A stretch of DNA of 64,000 nucleotides from Octopus vulgaris. Taxonomy: Eukaryota. Positions 62,490 through 64,000 of the stretch are shown here, in pieces; position 1 is the stretch's first letter, and each line of letters starts with the position of its first letter. The notes under the pieces are model-generated. The model was not told the origin of the DNA. It saw only the letters and a list, made by a program, of their open reading frames with translations, and did not search any database. Location of the stretch: the NCBI GenBank assembly GCA_951406725.2, contig OX597816.1, positions 52,638,001 through 52,702,000 of the forward strand, in the 5' to 3' direction. A program made the translations under genes and the position numbers.

Positions 62490-62805
62490 ATCTTCGTAGT
62501 CATAAAGCGAGACTGATGAGTGACAACCTGGCCACTGGTGGTGGTGTTTCACACCATACTAATCATATCTCTCAGGCATGTGGAATAGAGTGTAATTTGG
62601 CAGGAGGACTTAAACAACATGCAAAGGTACATGAAGCCCAGTTACAACTACAGCCGGCTATTACCAGCAAAGGTTTTAGGTGCCAATTCTGTACAAGACA
62701 TTGTAGATCTTTGGCTAGGCTAAAAAGTCACGTTCGATCACAGCACCAATAACAGTTAAGCTTTGTGCAATGGCCATACTCAATAGCAAGGGGGCAGCCA
62801 TCATA
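62490..62805 (+). mobile_element. Probable RTE-type LINE 3' end with two C2H2 zinc fingers
   Basis: ACGIEC...GGLKQHAKVH and FRCQFCTRHC...LKSHVRSQH, then stop and a short UTR running into a TA microsatellite. Confidence 0.55.
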
Positions 62806-62943
62806 TATAGATATACATACATATATGTATATATATATAAAAGCTGGACTAGATTATTTTATGCGCAACTCCATTGTCTCCCGAGACATAAAGGATGCCA
62901 ACAACAATGTATATATGTTTGCGCATATGCATATATGTATGTA

Positions 62944-63721
62944 CTAGCAGCATAGCCCAGCGTTGCCCGGGTATGTAAGAGCCCCTAGTAGGCAACGACT
63001 AATCCCAATCTAGTCCTTTCCCTCTAGGGAATGAAAGCGCATGTGTAGGTTGCAATGTCTTCTCTTCACTCCCAAATAACTATCAAACAGCTATCGATAA
63101 TTCAACCCAACCAATTCCTACCAGGAAGAAATTACATTTGAGACTTTACTAATAGCTGCTGCAGCCGCAAGTTATTCGAATACTTTTTTTGTTTACACTT
63201 TCTTTATAACTACCACCCCAAACGTTTTACCTTAAATTTTTGACGTACCCTAAGGGTCCTCGGACGCTACTTGCAAACTCTTGGTTTATTATAAACCGCT
63301 TTTGTCGTGTGCATCAAAAAACCTTTTCCATTCGTTTGTTCAGTTTGGTCACTTTTGACTTTTTCGTTGTTGTCACTCACATTGCTGCCTGCTCTTTTGC
63401 CGTTTTTGTACATTTTTATACATTTTGGGATACTTACCCCACGTGTTCCGAGAGTTAAAAAGGTCAAGTTGCGTCCCCTAGACAGTCTGTAGAAAATGTG
63501 TTGCATATAAAAAGCTTAGATTCTCAACCCATGTCGAATTTATCGATTTTTTTTCAGAACTGGGGGAACTTTTCAAAATTTTCGCTGCGTTAATTTTGAA
63601 TTATGACATTGGGCTATGTGTGTGTCAAGTTTCATCAGAATCAGTTGAAAGCCGTGGTCAGGGTGAGGGTACAACCTGACAGACACACAGACAGACAAAC
63701 TGCCGTTTATATATAGAGAGA
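62944..63721 (-). mobile_element. Non-autonomous Helitron (third subfamily)
   Basis: Minus strand A|TCTCTCTATATATAAA ... cccgggcaacgctggg hairpin ... CTAG|T. Confidence 0.85.
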
Positions 63722-64000
63722 TGTATGTATGTACATATGTATGTACGTATGTATGTATGTATGTATGTATGTATGTATATGAAACTGAGAAAAGCTTATG
63801 AATACTTTGGCAATATTTGCAGTAAAGTTATGTAAAGAGTCAATTTTTTTTCTTAATAACTGACCAGTTGTCATAACAATTTTATATCCAGGAAGGAAAC
63901 ATTCTTTTGGACGCAACCTGACTATATTTCAGATATTACAAAACCATAAGAACAGTCAATGTTTCTCTTTGGAAAAGATGAGAAAACGGATACCGCCATA

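Overview
AT-rich, microsatellite- and transposon-dense animal DNA; the repeat families look like those of Octopus (inference). The only host coding sequence I can support is one 161-nt minus-strand exon (1089-1249) encoding the WW C-terminus and PDZ N-terminus of an FRMPD4-like scaffold protein, so almost the whole window is probably one very large intron. It holds a young 5'-truncated CR1/L2-type LINE with an uninterrupted RT frame, Dong/R4, RTE and Penelope fragments, two Tc1/mariner remnants, three non-autonomous Helitrons, piggyBac-like MITEs, a solo LTR, dozens of SINEs from about six families (labelled A-F here), an orphan 5.8S rRNA copy and several long hairpins. The most interesting signal is a set of five hammerhead-ribozyme motifs. 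One is a type I hammerhead with an intact core, antisense to the host gene and next to a Penelope GIY-YIG fragment; four are minimal hammerheads in the host sense orientation, each with a core substitution. All calls were made by eye. Repeat boundaries are approximate and family names need database confirmation.
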